NCBI GenBank assembly: GCA_951406725.2
Contig: OX597825.1
Coordinates: forward strand, 14,012,001 to 14,076,000
Length of the DNA stretch: 64,000 bases
DNA from: Octopus vulgaris
Lineage: Eukaryota
Reading direction: 5' to 3'
Numbering within the stretch: the stretch's first letter is position 1; each line of letters starts with the position of its first letter. Of the stretch, positions 37,735-51,520 are shown one piece after another. The notes under the pieces are model-generated. The model searched no databases, was not told where the DNA came from, and was given only the letters and a program-made list of their open reading frames with translations. The position numbers and the translations under genes are program-made.

Positions 37735-38120
37735 TGGAGGTGCAATGGCCCAGTGGTTAGGACAGCGGACTCGCGGTCATAGGATCGCGGTTTCGATTCC
37801 CAGACCGGGCGTTGTGAGTGTTTATTGAGCAGAAACACCTAAAAAAGCTCCACGAGGCTCCGGCAGGGGATGGTGGTGATCCCTGCTGTACTCTTTCACC
37901 ACAACTTTCTCTCACTCTTACTTCCTGTTTCTGTTGTACCTGTATTTCAAAGGGCCGGCCTTGTCACTCTCTGTGTCATGCTGAATATCCCCGAGAACTA
38001 CGTTAAGGGTACACGTGTCTGTGGAGTGCTCAGCCACTTACACGTTAATTTCACGAGCAGGCTGTTCCGTTGATTCGGATCAACCAGAACCCTCATCGTC
38101 GTAACCGACGGAGTGCTTCC
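37735..38120 (+). mobile_element. SINE family C, full length with 12-bp TSD
   Basis: A box tggcccagtgg, B box gtttcgattcc; TSD aatcttttgatg at 37723-37734 and 38121-38132. Confidence 0.93.
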
Positions 38121-38199
38121 AATCTTTTGATGGTAATTTAAAAAAAATATACAATTCTATATCCATCAGATAAATATGAAATGTAGCATTAAGGTTTAA

Positions 38200-38418
38200 C
38201 CCTTTAGTGTTCAGATTATTCTATCAAACATAATGCTTATTGATTCCCATTGATTTGAATTAATCATGCATTATCTCATATCTTCAAGATCTTGATGGTG
38301 TAATTACTTAATGTAGAATAACATTGTAGGGTAGGTGTGAGGGTCTGGATCTGGTCAGTTTGAACATAAAACAGATTAGCTATTTTGGCTGGATATGGCC
38401 GGTTTAAATACTAAAGGG
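38200..38418. mobile_element. piggyBac-type MITE (second family)
   Basis: TTAA TSD; TIRs CCCTTTAGTGTT / AATACTAAAGGG. Confidence 0.82.
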
Positions 38419-38461
38419 TTAAGGCAGAATTAAATTGCTACAAGATTTGAACTCTTGTCAC

Positions 38462-38615
38462 AGTGGCTGCATGGTAGGTAACTTGCTTACCAACCACATG
38501 GTTCTGGGTTTAGTCCCACTGCATGGCACCTCGAGCAAGTGTCTTCTACTATAGCCTCGGGCCGACCAAAGCCTTGTGAGTGGATTTGGTAGACGGAAAC
38601 TTAAAGAAGCCAGTC

Positions 38616-38653
<38 letters not shown>

Positions 38654-38872
38654 ATATGTCTTTTAGTCTGTTTGTCCCCCCCACCATCGCCTGACAACCG
38701 ATGTTGGTGTGTTTACCTCCCTGTAACCTAGTGGTTCGGCAAAAGGGTCTGATAGAATAGCTACTAGGCATTCAAAGAATAAGTCCTGGGGTCGATTTAT
38801 TCGACTAAAGGTGGTGTCCCAACATGACCGCAGTCAAACGACTGAAACAAATAAAAGTAAAGATAAAAGTAA
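38462..38872 (+). mobile_element. SINE family A
   Basis: Full head, body and tail similarity. Confidence 0.9.
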
Positions 38873-38887
38873 AAATATGTATATATG

Positions 38888-38958
<71 letters not shown>

Positions 38959-39412
38959 GTGTAAATTAATTAGAGGATGTATAAACCTCTTAAAGATATA
39001 ATTTCATCTCTGCCTTATAATTTTGGGAAACAAAATTCCCTAAATCAATGGGTGTATATTAAGCTTATAATCCATATTAAATCAAGAGAAGAAAATTGAG
39101 CGTTAATGGTTTAATAATTAGTTAATTAATTAATTGATAATCATTCCTATAATTGTTTCAATTTGTACTCAGTCAATTACAAGTTACAAATTTATGCAAT
39201 AAATTTGCATTCATAAGTTGCGAGGAAATTATCACTGGAGAAATATTAGACATTAAAGGATTGACATGTTGAACAATTTGGTCCTTCCAGCAGAGTAAAT
39301 ATATGGAATTGCTTTTATATTTCAGTGTATGTGTGTGAGCTAATGGATTAATTTGAATGTAATAAAGAATAAAATCAAATAAGAAATACAATATAAAAAA
39401 TAAAAATAGAAT

Positions 39413-39474
39413 AAAGCCTTGTGAGTGGATTTGGTAGACGGAAACTGAAAGAAGCCCATCGTATGTGTGTGTGT

Positions 39475-39506
<32 letters not shown>

Positions 39507-39680
39507 TTGTGTGTCTGTGTTTGTCCCCACCACCATCGCTTGGCAACTGATGGTGGTGTCTTCACATCCCCGTAACTTAGCGGTTCAGCACAAGAGACTG
39601 ATAGAATAAGTACTAGGCTTACAACTAAAGGTGGTGCTACAGCATGGCCACAGTCAAATGACTGAAACAAATAAAAGAAA
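39413..39680 (+). mobile_element. SINE family A, 5'-truncated
   Basis: Starts at aaagccttgtgagtggatttgg. Confidence 0.85.
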
Positions 39681-39756
39681 ATGAAAAAAAAACGAATAAA
39701 AAGTAGAATAAAGTATATATATATAGACATATATGTACACACATACATACAAAAAT

Positions 39757-39799
<43 letters not shown>

Positions 39800-39949
39800 C
39801 ATATATATAAGAATGTGATAGATAGATTTAGGTTAGAAAATAATTTATGTAGGTCCTTTCTGGTCCTTTCTAACGAGGATTTATTTATGCTTTTAGTAAT
39901 TAATAAAGCATCGTCCCTATATAGCCACCTCCCTTGATATTAGGGAAGT

Positions 39950-40281
39950 GTTCAAGTTGATCCAATCAATGGAACAGCCTGCTCATGAAATTAACATGCA
40001 AGTGGCTGAGCACTCCACAGACACGTGAACACTTAATGTAGATCTCGAGACGGATTCAGCATGACACAGAGTGTGACAAGGCTGGCCCTTTAAAAATACA
40101 GGTACAACAGAAACAGGAAGAAAGTGTGAGAGAAACTTGTGGTGAAAGATTATAGCAGGGTTAGCCACCACCTTCTTCCGGAGCCTCGTGGAGCTTTAGG
40201 TGTTTTCACTCAATAAACACTCACAAAGCCCAGTCCAGGAATCGAAACTGCGATCTGACCACAAGTCCACTGCTCTATCCA
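39950..40281 (-). mobile_element. SINE family C (diverged)
   Basis: Reverse complement of 37735-38120. Confidence 0.85.
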
Positions 40282-40298
40282 CTGGACAATTGTGCCTC

Positions 40299-40334
<36 letters not shown>

Positions 40335-40744
40335 ATATATATATAGATATATCATACACATATTATATGTATATATTTATAAATTTATATTAATATTAAT
40401 ATAATATATATAGTATATATATATATATATCACATATAATTTGCATATAATATATATATCATATATAATTTATAAATAATACATATGCATGTGTATTATA
40501 TGTATATAATATTCATATATGTATAATATATATTGTGTATACAGTATATTTTATATATGATGTATGCAACATAGAAGGAGAGACAGAAAAATGTATGCAT
40601 GGCAAAACAGAGAGAGACTATATGTATGTATGTATATATGTATATATATATATGTATGTGTGTGTGTGTGAGTGTGTGTGTGTGAGTGTGTGTGTCCCAG
40701 TCTTTCTCTGTTTTGTCATGCATACATATAGATATATATATGTA

Positions 40745-40806
<62 letters not shown>

Positions 40807-41019
40807 CATACATATATACATATATATATGTGATAAAATACTTTGATATGTGTATTGCTGTACTCTAATCTTATGATTCTTTAACAAGCTTTATGACTGA
40901 TAAATAAAGAAATAAATATATAAATAAATATATAATAATAAATAAATAAATAAATGGGGAAACACACTCTGCTATGTAATAATGATTTCTTCAGCATGAA
41001 ACCTTCAATAGTTTATAAT

Positions 41020-41055
41020 ATCAACAACAATCACAACAACAACAACAACAACAAC

Positions 41056-41122
<67 letters not shown>

Positions 41123-41145
41123 GTAATCATAATAATAATAATAAC

Positions 41146-41192
<47 letters not shown>

Positions 41193-41260
41193 TTATAATA
41201 ATCATGATAATAATAATAATAATACTAATAGTAATCATAAGAATAATAATAACAATAATG

Positions 41261-41308
<48 letters not shown>

Positions 41309-41393
41309 TTAATAATGATAGTAATAATAATAATAATAGTAATAATAATAATAATAATGATAGTAATAATAATAATAATAGTAGTAATAATAA
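41020..41393. repeat. (AAT/AAC)n microsatellite
   Basis: Directly visible; explains the poly-Asn ORF. Confidence 0.97.
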
Positions 41394-41761
41394 TAGAGGT
41401 GGTGATAATGTCTTATGGGATAAAAGAAAGAGAGAGAGAGAGTGTGTGAGAGAGAGAGAGCATTGACTAAGACGTATATATATATATGAAACCAATCACT
41501 TAGGAAGCCTGTTAAGTAAAATGGTGTGTTTAGTGTTTCTTTAAAAGAGTCTAGAAACATTTGATGTTTTCATGCTCTAGTAGACCGTATGTCTTTTATG
41601 ATCACAGGACACTTTTTAGACTTTGCTCTAATGTAAACAGGAAACCTCCAGCATATTTATTTTGAAGCCAAAATTTTCTTTTCTGTAAGAGTTTTTCATT
41701 GGAAAATAGTTAACTCTGCGCTTTGATCATAGCTTCCATTAATGCTATTTCATGCTATCAA

Positions 41762-41820
<59 letters not shown>

Positions 41821-41857
41821 GTATTATTAGTGTTGGTGTTGTAGTTGTTGTTGATAG

Positions 41858-42655
41858 ATTGACAGCAAGTTGCAGAAATAATAGAATTATAGACAAATTG
41901 GCTGGTGGAATTTAGTAACATCATTTTATGTTCTCAGTCCATACCCCAGTGTGATCAAGTTGGCCTTTCATCCTTCTGCAAGTCAATAAAATAAATACCA
42001 GCCAAATATTGAGTTAGATTTAATCAACTTTGTCTTCTCTCCCTAAAGTGTCTGAACTTAATACTTGCCAAAGCCAACTATCACTACTCGTTTTGTTAAG
42101 GGTTTGATATAATAATGTACTAGTAAAATACAAGGGTCGATTTAACCGATTTTACCTCCCCCTCTCAAAATCTCTGGTCTTGCTTTCTACATCATCATCA
42201 TCATTGCTGTTTAACATTGTTTAGGGGTCGATTAGATAAGTACCACTTGTGTACTGGGGTCGATCTAATTGACTGGCTCCCTTTCACAGAAATTTCGGGC
42301 CTTGAAAATATTTTTCCTACTCTAGGCACAAGGCCTGAAAGTTTTGGTGGGAAGGAACCAGTCAATATGGTCAACCCAGTGTGCAACTGGTACTTAATTT
42401 ATCAACCCCGAAAGGATGAAAGACAAAGTCGAAATTTGAACTCAGAATGTAAAGATAGATGAAATAGTACTAAGCATTTCGCCCAGAGGACTAATTTTTC
42501 TGCCAGCTCGCTGTCTGAGCGGTTGAAAATATTCTTTTCTCCTCTAGGCACAAGGCCCAAAAGTTTTTGGGGAGGGATCCAGTCGATTAGATTGATTCCA
42601 GTATGCAACTGGTACTTAATTTATCAACTCCAAAATGATGAAACGCAAAGTTTTA
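41858..42655. mobile_element. Cluster of SINE-B fragments on both strands
   Basis: Repeated gtcgataaataagtacca / actggtacttaatttatc motifs. Confidence 0.75.
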
Positions 42656-42664
42656 TTTAATATT

Positions 42665-42992
42665 CAATATGGTAGTGGAGTTCTGAAAGGGGTCTCGGGA
42701 AGTAGTGTCCCTGCCTTCTTGAGCAACTTTTCCTCCACATTTCTTAAAAATCATGGTAGAGGCCTTGTTCTTGGGACCACTCATGTTTAAAAACTGAGGT
42801 TGGGGGTAAGCAAAGACATGCTCACCTGAAGAAAATCCAGCTCCAAAAAAGGAGAATGGGCACCAGCCAGCCAGCCCAAAGGTTGGGGTGGGCTACACCT
42901 GCCTACTTCAGTTGCTATGGCATTGAGATAGATCCGGCCACCCCCGTTAATGGAGACAACACCCGGATTTAAAACACTGGATGATGATAATG
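42665..42992 (+). mobile_element. GC-richer non-autonomous retroelement with (GAT)n tail, probably RTE-derived
   Basis: Abrupt GC rise, ending …aaacactggatgatgataatgat. Confidence 0.45.
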
Positions 42993-43245
42993 ATATGGGC
43001 TCCAGATGTCGCCACCAGTTTCTTGAGTCACCCAGGAATTGTGTCAACTGATTTCATCAGGAATTCTTGTGGGATAGAAGACGTAACTTCTCATATTCAC
43101 CCTTTGAGTTCTTCCAAAGTCTTTGCTTTGGTACAACAGACATGTTCCTTTAAACAACCCCAAAGAAAGAAGTTACAGGGTGTTAAGTTGGGGCTCCCGG
43201 CTGGCCACTCATGCAGACCACAACAACCTGAGGAAGTGGGCATTT
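42990..43245 (-). pseudogene. Tc1/mariner-superfamily transposase C-terminal relic
   Basis: EWPAGSPNLTPCNFFLWGCLKEHV…TLEELKG*I*E…IPQEFL… (cf. WPPRSPDLTPCDFFLWGYLK). Confidence 0.85.
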
Positions 43246-43812
43246 AGCCATTACAAATTACAGATTACAAATTAAATTTTCATACTTCAAAAAACAAACA
43301 CAAAAAATTCAAGAAAAAACTTACAATTAGTAAATAATTTATAAGTATTTAATAAGTACTTAATTTATCGACCCCAAAAGGATGAAAAACAAAGTACCTA
43401 TTATTAGTACTTATTAACCTGGGATGGGTACACAACAAATTTGAATCTGCAACATTCGAAGAATGTGTTGTAGAGGAATGGTACCAAATTTTGACAAGCT
43501 TTTAGTCTGACACTTGTAAGCGTTTCTACAAGTCAGGCACTTTATGATAAATCAATATTCTTTGCATTTCGAGTTACCAATATCTGATGCACTAATAATA
43601 CTGAGGCTGCTGAGAGTTAACCGAAATGTCACAGCAGCAATGGACTGAAGTAGTCAGTGTTTCTACTCATTCTTTTATATTCTGGTTTCAAATACACTTA
43701 TATTCTGATTGACTTAGCTTTTGATCCTAATCTGTTGATAAAATAATACCTTTGCAACTTAGATTTATTTCAAAAGATGGTCCTTTGATCACTGAGCCTA
43801 AGTAGTAATGTA

Positions 43813-44195
43813 TCATCATCGTCATCATCATTATCATCATTGCTCTAACCATCATCATCATCATCATCATCACCAACATCATCATCATCATCATCATCAC
43901 CAACATCATCATCATTGCCATCATCATCATCATCACCATCACCATCACTACTATTACGACCACCACTATCATGATGATGATGATCCTCATCATCATCAAC
44001 ATTACGACCAACACCACATCATCATTGTCGTCGTCATCGTCCTCCTCCTCATCAGCATCATCATCACCAACATCATCATCATTGCCATCGTCATCATCAT
44101 CATCACCATCATCATCATCGTCATCACCATCACCACCACCACCATTATCATCACCAGCATCATCATCATTGCCAACATCATCATCATCATCATCG
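43813..44195. repeat. (CAT/CAC)n microsatellite, contiguous with a D2 tail at 44195-44420 (minus)
   Basis: Directly visible. Confidence 0.95.
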
Positions 44196-44512
44196 TTTAA
44201 TGTTTACCACTTTTCCATATTTGCATGGGTTAAACTAGAATTTGTGGAGGCATATTTTTCTACAAACAGATAACACACCACCACCACCACCACCACCACC
44301 ACCGCCACCACCGCCACTGTCACCAACCCTCATCTGTTTCCATGGCCAAATGTGTTTTCATTGAAGATAGGGAACAAACAATATTGCATTTATGATGCTG
44401 AGGCTCGTTTAAAACCTGTATTTGTAAATATATATTTGGAAAAAAAAGACCCCAAAAAACCTCCTGTAACCCTTTAACCCCATGACAACAGTTTTTTATC
44501 AGAATTATGTTA

Positions 44513-44747
44513 AGGCGGTGAGCTGGCTGAAACGTTAGCACGCCGGGCGAAATGCGTAGCCGTATTTCGTCTGTCGTTACGTTGTGAGTTCAAATTCCGC
44601 CGAGGTCGACTTTGCCTTTCATCCTTTCGGGGTCGATAAATTAAGTACCAGTTATGCACTGGGGTCGATGTAATAGACTTAATACCTTTGTCTGTCCTTG
44701 CTTGTCCCCTCTGTGTTTAGCCCCTTGTGGGTAGTAAAGAAATAGGT
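44513..44747 (+). mobile_element. SINE family B, young reference copy
   Basis: CpGs retained; head ggcggtgagctggc…gagttcaaattcc, tail …gtaaagaaatagg. Confidence 0.92.
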
Positions 44748-44933
44748 ACATGAGTCTGTAGAGTGCTCAGCCACTTGCATGTTAATTTTATGAGCAGGAA
44801 ACTGTAATTATAAACTGTAATTAATAAATATTTGGAAGCAAAGGATGTTTATGCAATATATATATATATATATCTATGTTTATGCAAAATTTTTCCATAT
44901 AATGACGGTCTTTTTTTTCTTTCTTCTTTCCAG

Positions 44934-45076
44934 GAACTCCTGATTCAGATGGGAAGTCATCAAGTTCGAAAGGATCAGCCAGTGGAAGAGGTCACCTTGC
45001 CAAAGCACAAACCATTCTATTGTGGACATGCATATTTCTGGCACTCACGAGCCACCATATTTTAAAAAATTTATGA
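44934..45076 (+). CDS. Probable terminal coding exon (phase 1) of a GPI-anchored or C-terminally anchored surface protein
   Basis: Strong acceptor cttttttttctttcttctttccag; reads xTPDSDGKSSSSKGSASGRGHLAKAQTILLWTCIFLALTSHHILKNL*, with a small-residue cluster, spacer and hydrophobic tail; no upstream coding exon identified in the window. Confidence 0.6.
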
Positions 45077-45629
45077 AAGTTCATTTCCCTGTATGTGAAG
45101 GTATGCCATCCTGTATACTTAAAAAAAAATCACTTGTTAAATTTGGAGATCCTCATTGATCGGCTGGAACTGTAAAGCATCAGAAGGTATCTTTTAAACA
45201 TGTGCATACACACACACACACACACAACACACACCACAGGTGCGCATACATATATGCAAACATACAGATATATATATACACACAGACAGACAAATACATA
45301 CGTTTATAAAAGAGCAATGAAATCTTAATTTTTGGATAGAAAGACACGAAAAGGTTTGACATTTTGAAGGATGCTAAGAGATAGCGTATTAAAGCATCAA
45401 TGAGGTCTCTTAAAAATTTTGAAGATTCAGAGTTACATACAATATATATATATATACATATATTTTATAACATATATACATGCTATATATATATCATTAT
45501 ATGTATGTTCCAAATATATATGATATACACTATATACATATATGATGTATATGTATACACAGATATGTATATTTCATATATATAGATATTTTAAATATAT
45601 ATATTTTATATATATATATTTATATATAC

Positions 45630-45678
<49 letters not shown>

Positions 45679-46548
45679 TATATATACATACATATATATA
45701 TAGATATATATATATAGATATATATATATACATATGTATACATACATATAAATACATATATATATATATATATATATACATTATATATATATACATTATA
45801 TATATATATATACACATGCTTATGAAGGAAAACATTTCTATGAACTAACTCTATCACTGACCCCCTATGATGGTCAACATGATTTTGATGATAGAAATAA
45901 CCTCGCCAAATTTTATGACTGAGAACAGAAATCAATTTTTGCGCAATGTTTTTTTTTTATATATATATATATATATATATACATCAGGCACATAGTCACA
46001 CACACACACACATGAACATACATGCACATACATGCATACACTCATTCAGATGTTTACAAGCTTGAAAACAAAAAAATAAAAGGAAAAAACAAATTCCCTT
46101 GCATACACCTATATAACCACGTCCATATTAAATTTGTTTTGTGCACTTGTACATATTGATAATTGCTATCTATATGTGCAACTGTATTCATCTCTCATTC
46201 TGGTACAATGGATTGTTGCAGATCGTGGAAGCGATACTTCAATAATTGGTGCATTATTCTAGCGAGAAAAAAAAAAAATTAAACAAAACAAAACAAAACA
46301 AAACAAAAAAATTTTAAAAGACAGTAAAAAAATAACCGAAAGAAAAAATATCACATGGAACTTAAAAAAAAAAAGGAAAAAAAAAGATGTTTTTCACTTT
46401 AGCTATATTAGAGTATTATAAAAATATAGGGAGTCGCGAGAGAAAGGAGTTGACTGTATTGAATAGAATATGAATGCAATTTTCTTTGTTTATTTTGGAA
46501 AAAAAATATTATACAAAAATTTTGTGTGATTTCCTTGAGCATTGCACG

Positions 46549-46585
<37 letters not shown>

Positions 46586-46837
46586 TTATGTATATATATA
46601 TATATTCATACATACACATGCAATGTTTACATTTTACTAATATTTTGATACATGCATATATATATATATACATACTTGCGTGGATACATAACAGGATATT
46701 CATTCAAATTTTCAGAAAACTAACACACTTGAAGTCTGCATAATTATAAAGCTTATTGTGTATGAGTATATGTGTGCATATGCATGCATTAAACACTCAC
46801 CTGTTTAGGCATGTATGTGAGGTGTGTGTGCATAACT

Positions 46838-46882
<45 letters not shown>

Positions 46883-46939
46883 TACATACATGTAAGAATA
46901 TATATAGATATATGTATGCATATACTGTGCATACAGTGT

Positions 46940-47007
<68 letters not shown>

Positions 47008-47151
47008 AGTGATATCTATTATAACTTTTTTTCTGAATTAACACTCCTTTATTTTTAATTAGTACCTTTCATATCTGTATAAATATACTTGTGTGTATAT
47101 ATACACCTAAAAAGTTATGTGTGTGAAGGAGTGATGCATGTATATATATAC

Positions 47152-47201
<50 letters not shown>

Positions 47202-48694
47202 ATATATATGTGTGTATGTGTGCGTATACGTAAACATATGCATGTATATATATACTTACATATGTATAATATATATATATATAATATATATAATATATGC
47301 AATTTACATGTGTACATATATACATGTGTGTGCGTGTGCGTGCGTGTATACAGTTTCTATTATTATTTTAAAACAGAAAAGCTTTCTATTTTTGCTAATA
47401 AGTAATAAACTCAATTATGGAGGGGAATATCTTGAAGGGGTTTGGAGGATTAAAGCTCCTGATGATATTGTCATTGCTGTTGTTACTAATGAAGGCCACG
47501 ACATCCTCGTGGTCATCCTAATCATCCTCCTCATCGTCATCTTTAATATTATTATTATTATTATTATCAAACCTTTTTTAATTTTGAATATTGCCATCTC
47601 TCATTATTAACATCGCAGTCTTTGTACCCCCTTTTCATATATTTGTTTGGGTTACGAAAATATAAAATATAATACAAAAACTACAAAAAAAAAAGACAGA
47701 AAAAAAAACAAGATTACACTGTTAATGATTATAAAACAAAGGAGGGAGAGGAGAGGAAGGGAGAGTAGATAAGTGGAGATAGTAATAATGTTGATGGTGG
47801 TAAGATGTTGGCGGGGATGGTGAGGAATGGGAGAGAATTTGATTGATACCGTTTTTATATATTGTGACTAATGAGCCACAGGTATTTCATAATTTGTAAT
47901 GAACTGAATCTAAAAGGAATTAAAAGCCAAAATTCCTTTATAGGTGACATTTGGGAAAGCAAAAGCTATGTTCTTTTGCTAAGAAAGCATTTAAACTTCG
48001 GTATGCATACCTTCACACAAGTATCTTTGAATAGGATATATCCATATATTTATTTACCGATTCCTTTGTGTTGCATCTATAAATTGAAGACTATATTGGT
48101 CATTTTCCCCATAGATTAATAAAATATCTATTTTTACAGAAATTTGATAACATTTGAGTTTTATCCCCATATATTCCAATACATGTTCCTCTACAAGAAA
48201 CATGTCTGACTTTTTCAATTTTTGCTGTTTGGATTTCTTAAGTTAGTAAATCTTTTAGAATAATTCTTATTTTCTTTTTTGGATTGCATCATTTAATTTT
48301 TGGATTTTGGTCACATCTCTTTTACAAAATGGATTTCAGTTGAAATATTGTGAGTTAACTAACTTTCAGATGCACAATTCCTGCTGCTGATTATTTGGTA
48401 TTCTTCAGTAGCACAATAAAACCTTTTCACTTTCTTTTCCTTTTATAGACATATTTTTTCCTCTTTCGGTTTTTAGCACTTCATTGAAATTGTTTCTTTA
48501 CTTAAACCATTTCCTTTTGTTCTACCTGTTCTCCTGATTTGAGCTTGATCTTAAAATGAATTATTATCATCCCATATTTTAATTTTATTTGGAAAAAGTC
48601 TTTCATACTTGTTACAGAAAAGATTTACTTCAATTTCAGTAAAATTCAACATATAATATAGGCATACATGTCTTACATGTAATATGTGTGTGTG

Positions 48695-48729
<35 letters not shown>

Positions 48730-48813
48730 TATATGTATGTATATATATATATATATATATATAAATATATATGTATGTATGTATATATATATATAAATAT
48801 ATATGTATGTATG

Positions 48814-48917
<104 letters not shown>

Positions 48918-49791
48918 TTTATATATATATATGTCCCTGCTAATAATTGGTAAAATATGGAGTCATGTTTATACTATACAAAGAATAAAATCCAACCATG
49001 ACTTCCTCTCAGTGAAAGTCCAGATTTAGGCTACATAATGAGACATGTTAATAGTGTTGCTAATTTTCTCATTTAAAATGCATCAAGTGAGAGACATTTG
49101 TGTCGAGCGTTTTGTTGTAGTTTACAATAATACAATAGCTTGTTAGCAACTCTTGAATGAGGAAACTATTTATGGAGATGTTAGCAATTGTTTACATTGC
49201 TGTTAGCAACAATTCACACAATTGTTTGCTTAGCAGTTTGCAACAATTGAGTGATGCAATTGTTTACATAGCTGTTAACGAAAGGGAAGTTAAACAACTG
49301 GGTTCTTTTTCATAACTGTTAGCAACCGTCGAGTAGACCTACCGTTTTCCATAGCTATTAAATGAATGGCACTTCTTGGAGTCTTTGCATATTGATGTGT
49401 TACTGCTATCGTTTTGCAATTAGCTATTTCGGTTAAGTTTTTCAAGCAGTTCACACCTGTTGCAGTGAATGGTTCTTTTAGACATTACCAAAAAATTATC
49501 TTACCATAATTTACTCTTTTAATACAAAGGTTTCATTTGATAATGCTGTTGCTATTGGCAACAGTTTAGCAATAATTAGTCTGTATTACAATCTTCTGTT
49601 ACTGGCCCAGAGTACGGCGTAATAGGGTTTGCTTCCTGCAACTTGGCATTTTTAAGGTTTACAGATATCAATAATATGATATTATTATTTGTATAATTTT
49701 TTATTCTTTTGGTCTTTTGGTTGTTTCTATAAAACTAACATATAGCTTTCATTTATATTCTGGTTATCAATAATAACAATGGTTTCTAATT

Positions 49792-49869
<78 letters not shown>

Positions 49870-50244
49870 GTTTCTAATAACTACTAACACTTTGGTTGCT
49901 AAAAATATTTGCGGAAATGGTATCCTTTAGACAATACAGAATTGTTTAAGATGGTCATTCTCTGTAAGAATGTAAGGTGAAGTGGTGTGAACGGCACTTG
50001 AACCCTTTAGACTTATGGATTTATTTTTATATAGGGGTTTTATATATTTCGTTTCTTTAGAGTCTCCTAGTAAAGTGCGTACCTGTGTACAACAGTGTAT
50101 AATGTACATGTGTGTGTGCTTGTGTGTGTTTGTGTGTGTGTATATGAATGTATGTGTACATACACACATATTCCTGTTGTCTTTTATTATTTAGCATTTT
50201 TCAAAATACCGTTTATTGCCTGCTGGCAAATACTGAATGCCTTA

Positions 50245-50763
50245 TACTAGGTTGAGAGAAAAGTTTGTGCGCCGTTTTAAAATAATGATTTTTTATGCAA
50301 GAATTTATTCAAAAACAACAACAACTATTCTTCAAGATAAAGACCATCATTTTCAATGACCTTCTGCCAACAGTCTGCAAGCATTTGGATTCGGTCAAAG
50401 TACCAATCCTTTGGCTTTGAATTGAAAACTTCTTGACAGGCTCCTTCAACTTCATCGAATGGCTCAAATCGGCAACCTTTTAAAAAGGGCTGCATTGATC
50501 AGAAGAGACCATAGCCAGATGAACCAACGTCTGGACTATAGGCTGGATTCAGCAGAACTTCCACACTGCCTAATTCTTCAATCTTGTTGCTGGTTTTACT
50601 GGCAGTATGTGGTTTGCATTGTGTTGTTGAAACAAAGCATATTTTCGATGAACAAGTCTTGGATACTTTCCAACCAGCGCATCATAGACTCAGTAAAGTT
50701 CAGCATTGATGGCATGACCATTCAGCACAAATTCGGCGCACAAACTTTTTCCCCAATCTAATA
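50245..50763 (-). mobile_element. Internally deleted mariner element with both TIRs
   Basis: TIRs tactaggttgagagaaaagtttgtgcgccg / cggcgcacaaactttttccccaatctaata; relic peptides FQQHNA and PAYSPDVGSSGYGLF…WQKVIENDGLYLEE. Confidence 0.88.
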
Positions 50764-51304
50764 CAATACAGCTCTCTGACTGAGTTTGTATGTTCTATGC
50801 ATACAAGCCTTTAAGTTTATTAGCTCTGATGGCTCAGAGAACACTTTCTATTCAAGTAACAACTCACTAGTTGTATATTTTATTTTAGCTATTATCAATG
50901 TTATATGTCCATTTTGCTTTTTTTTATAGACTATCTTATGCAGGCAAAAATGGTTTTATGGACATAGTATGAAAACTATCAGTATAAACAGATATGCAAA
51001 TAGCTGCACACACTTTGTACAACAGTAATAAAATACATGGTTTGCACTCACAGACAGAAAGGCATATGTGATTTTTTTGTATATTTTGGGTTAGTAAACC
51101 AGGGCTCAAGAACCATGGTTCTCAGTTTAATACATTTACCATACACATTGTTATGTATATATGTGCATGTGTGTATAATGTGCACATATATATGCATGAG
51201 TGTGTGTTTGTAAGAAGAAGGGCAACAGGAACTTCGAAGTCTTGACCTGCTAGCATTCATCAGGCAGTCGAAGTCACTATCACCCCATATCATGTAAAAG
51301 TATA

Positions 51305-51520
51305 CCTTTTATCTTTTACTTGTTTCAGTCATTAGACTGTGGCCATGCTGGGGCACTGCCTTGAGGAATTTTTAGTTGAATGAATCGACCCCAGAACTTA
51401 TTTCTGTTTTTTTTTTAAAGCCTGGTACTTATTCTATAAGGTTATGGGGATGTAAACACACCAACACCGGTTATCAAGCAGTGGAGAGTAAGGAGGGCAA
51501 ACACAGGCAGAAAGACACGC
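51305..51520 (-). mobile_element. SINE-A tail fragment
   Basis: cttttacttgtttcagtcattagactgtggccatgctgg…. Confidence 0.8.

Noticed and set aside
37735-37810. tRNA gene (also the heads at 16654, 18187 and 44513)
   Set aside because: A/B boxes are present but there is no proper acceptor stem or terminator, and each continues into a SINE body; the 37735 copy has a TSD.
39140-39245. Very degenerate hammerhead-like motif (minus GTGATAA…GAAACAATTAT)
   Set aside because: Needs several substitutions to restore the core; no second copy to support it.
40954-41466. Poly-Asn 170-aa ORF
   Set aside because: (AAT)n microsatellite.
44832-45065. Track ORF MEAKDV…RATIF as the real protein
   Set aside because: It starts within the intron-like pyrimidine region; the phase-1 spliced frame gives a more coherent C-terminus.
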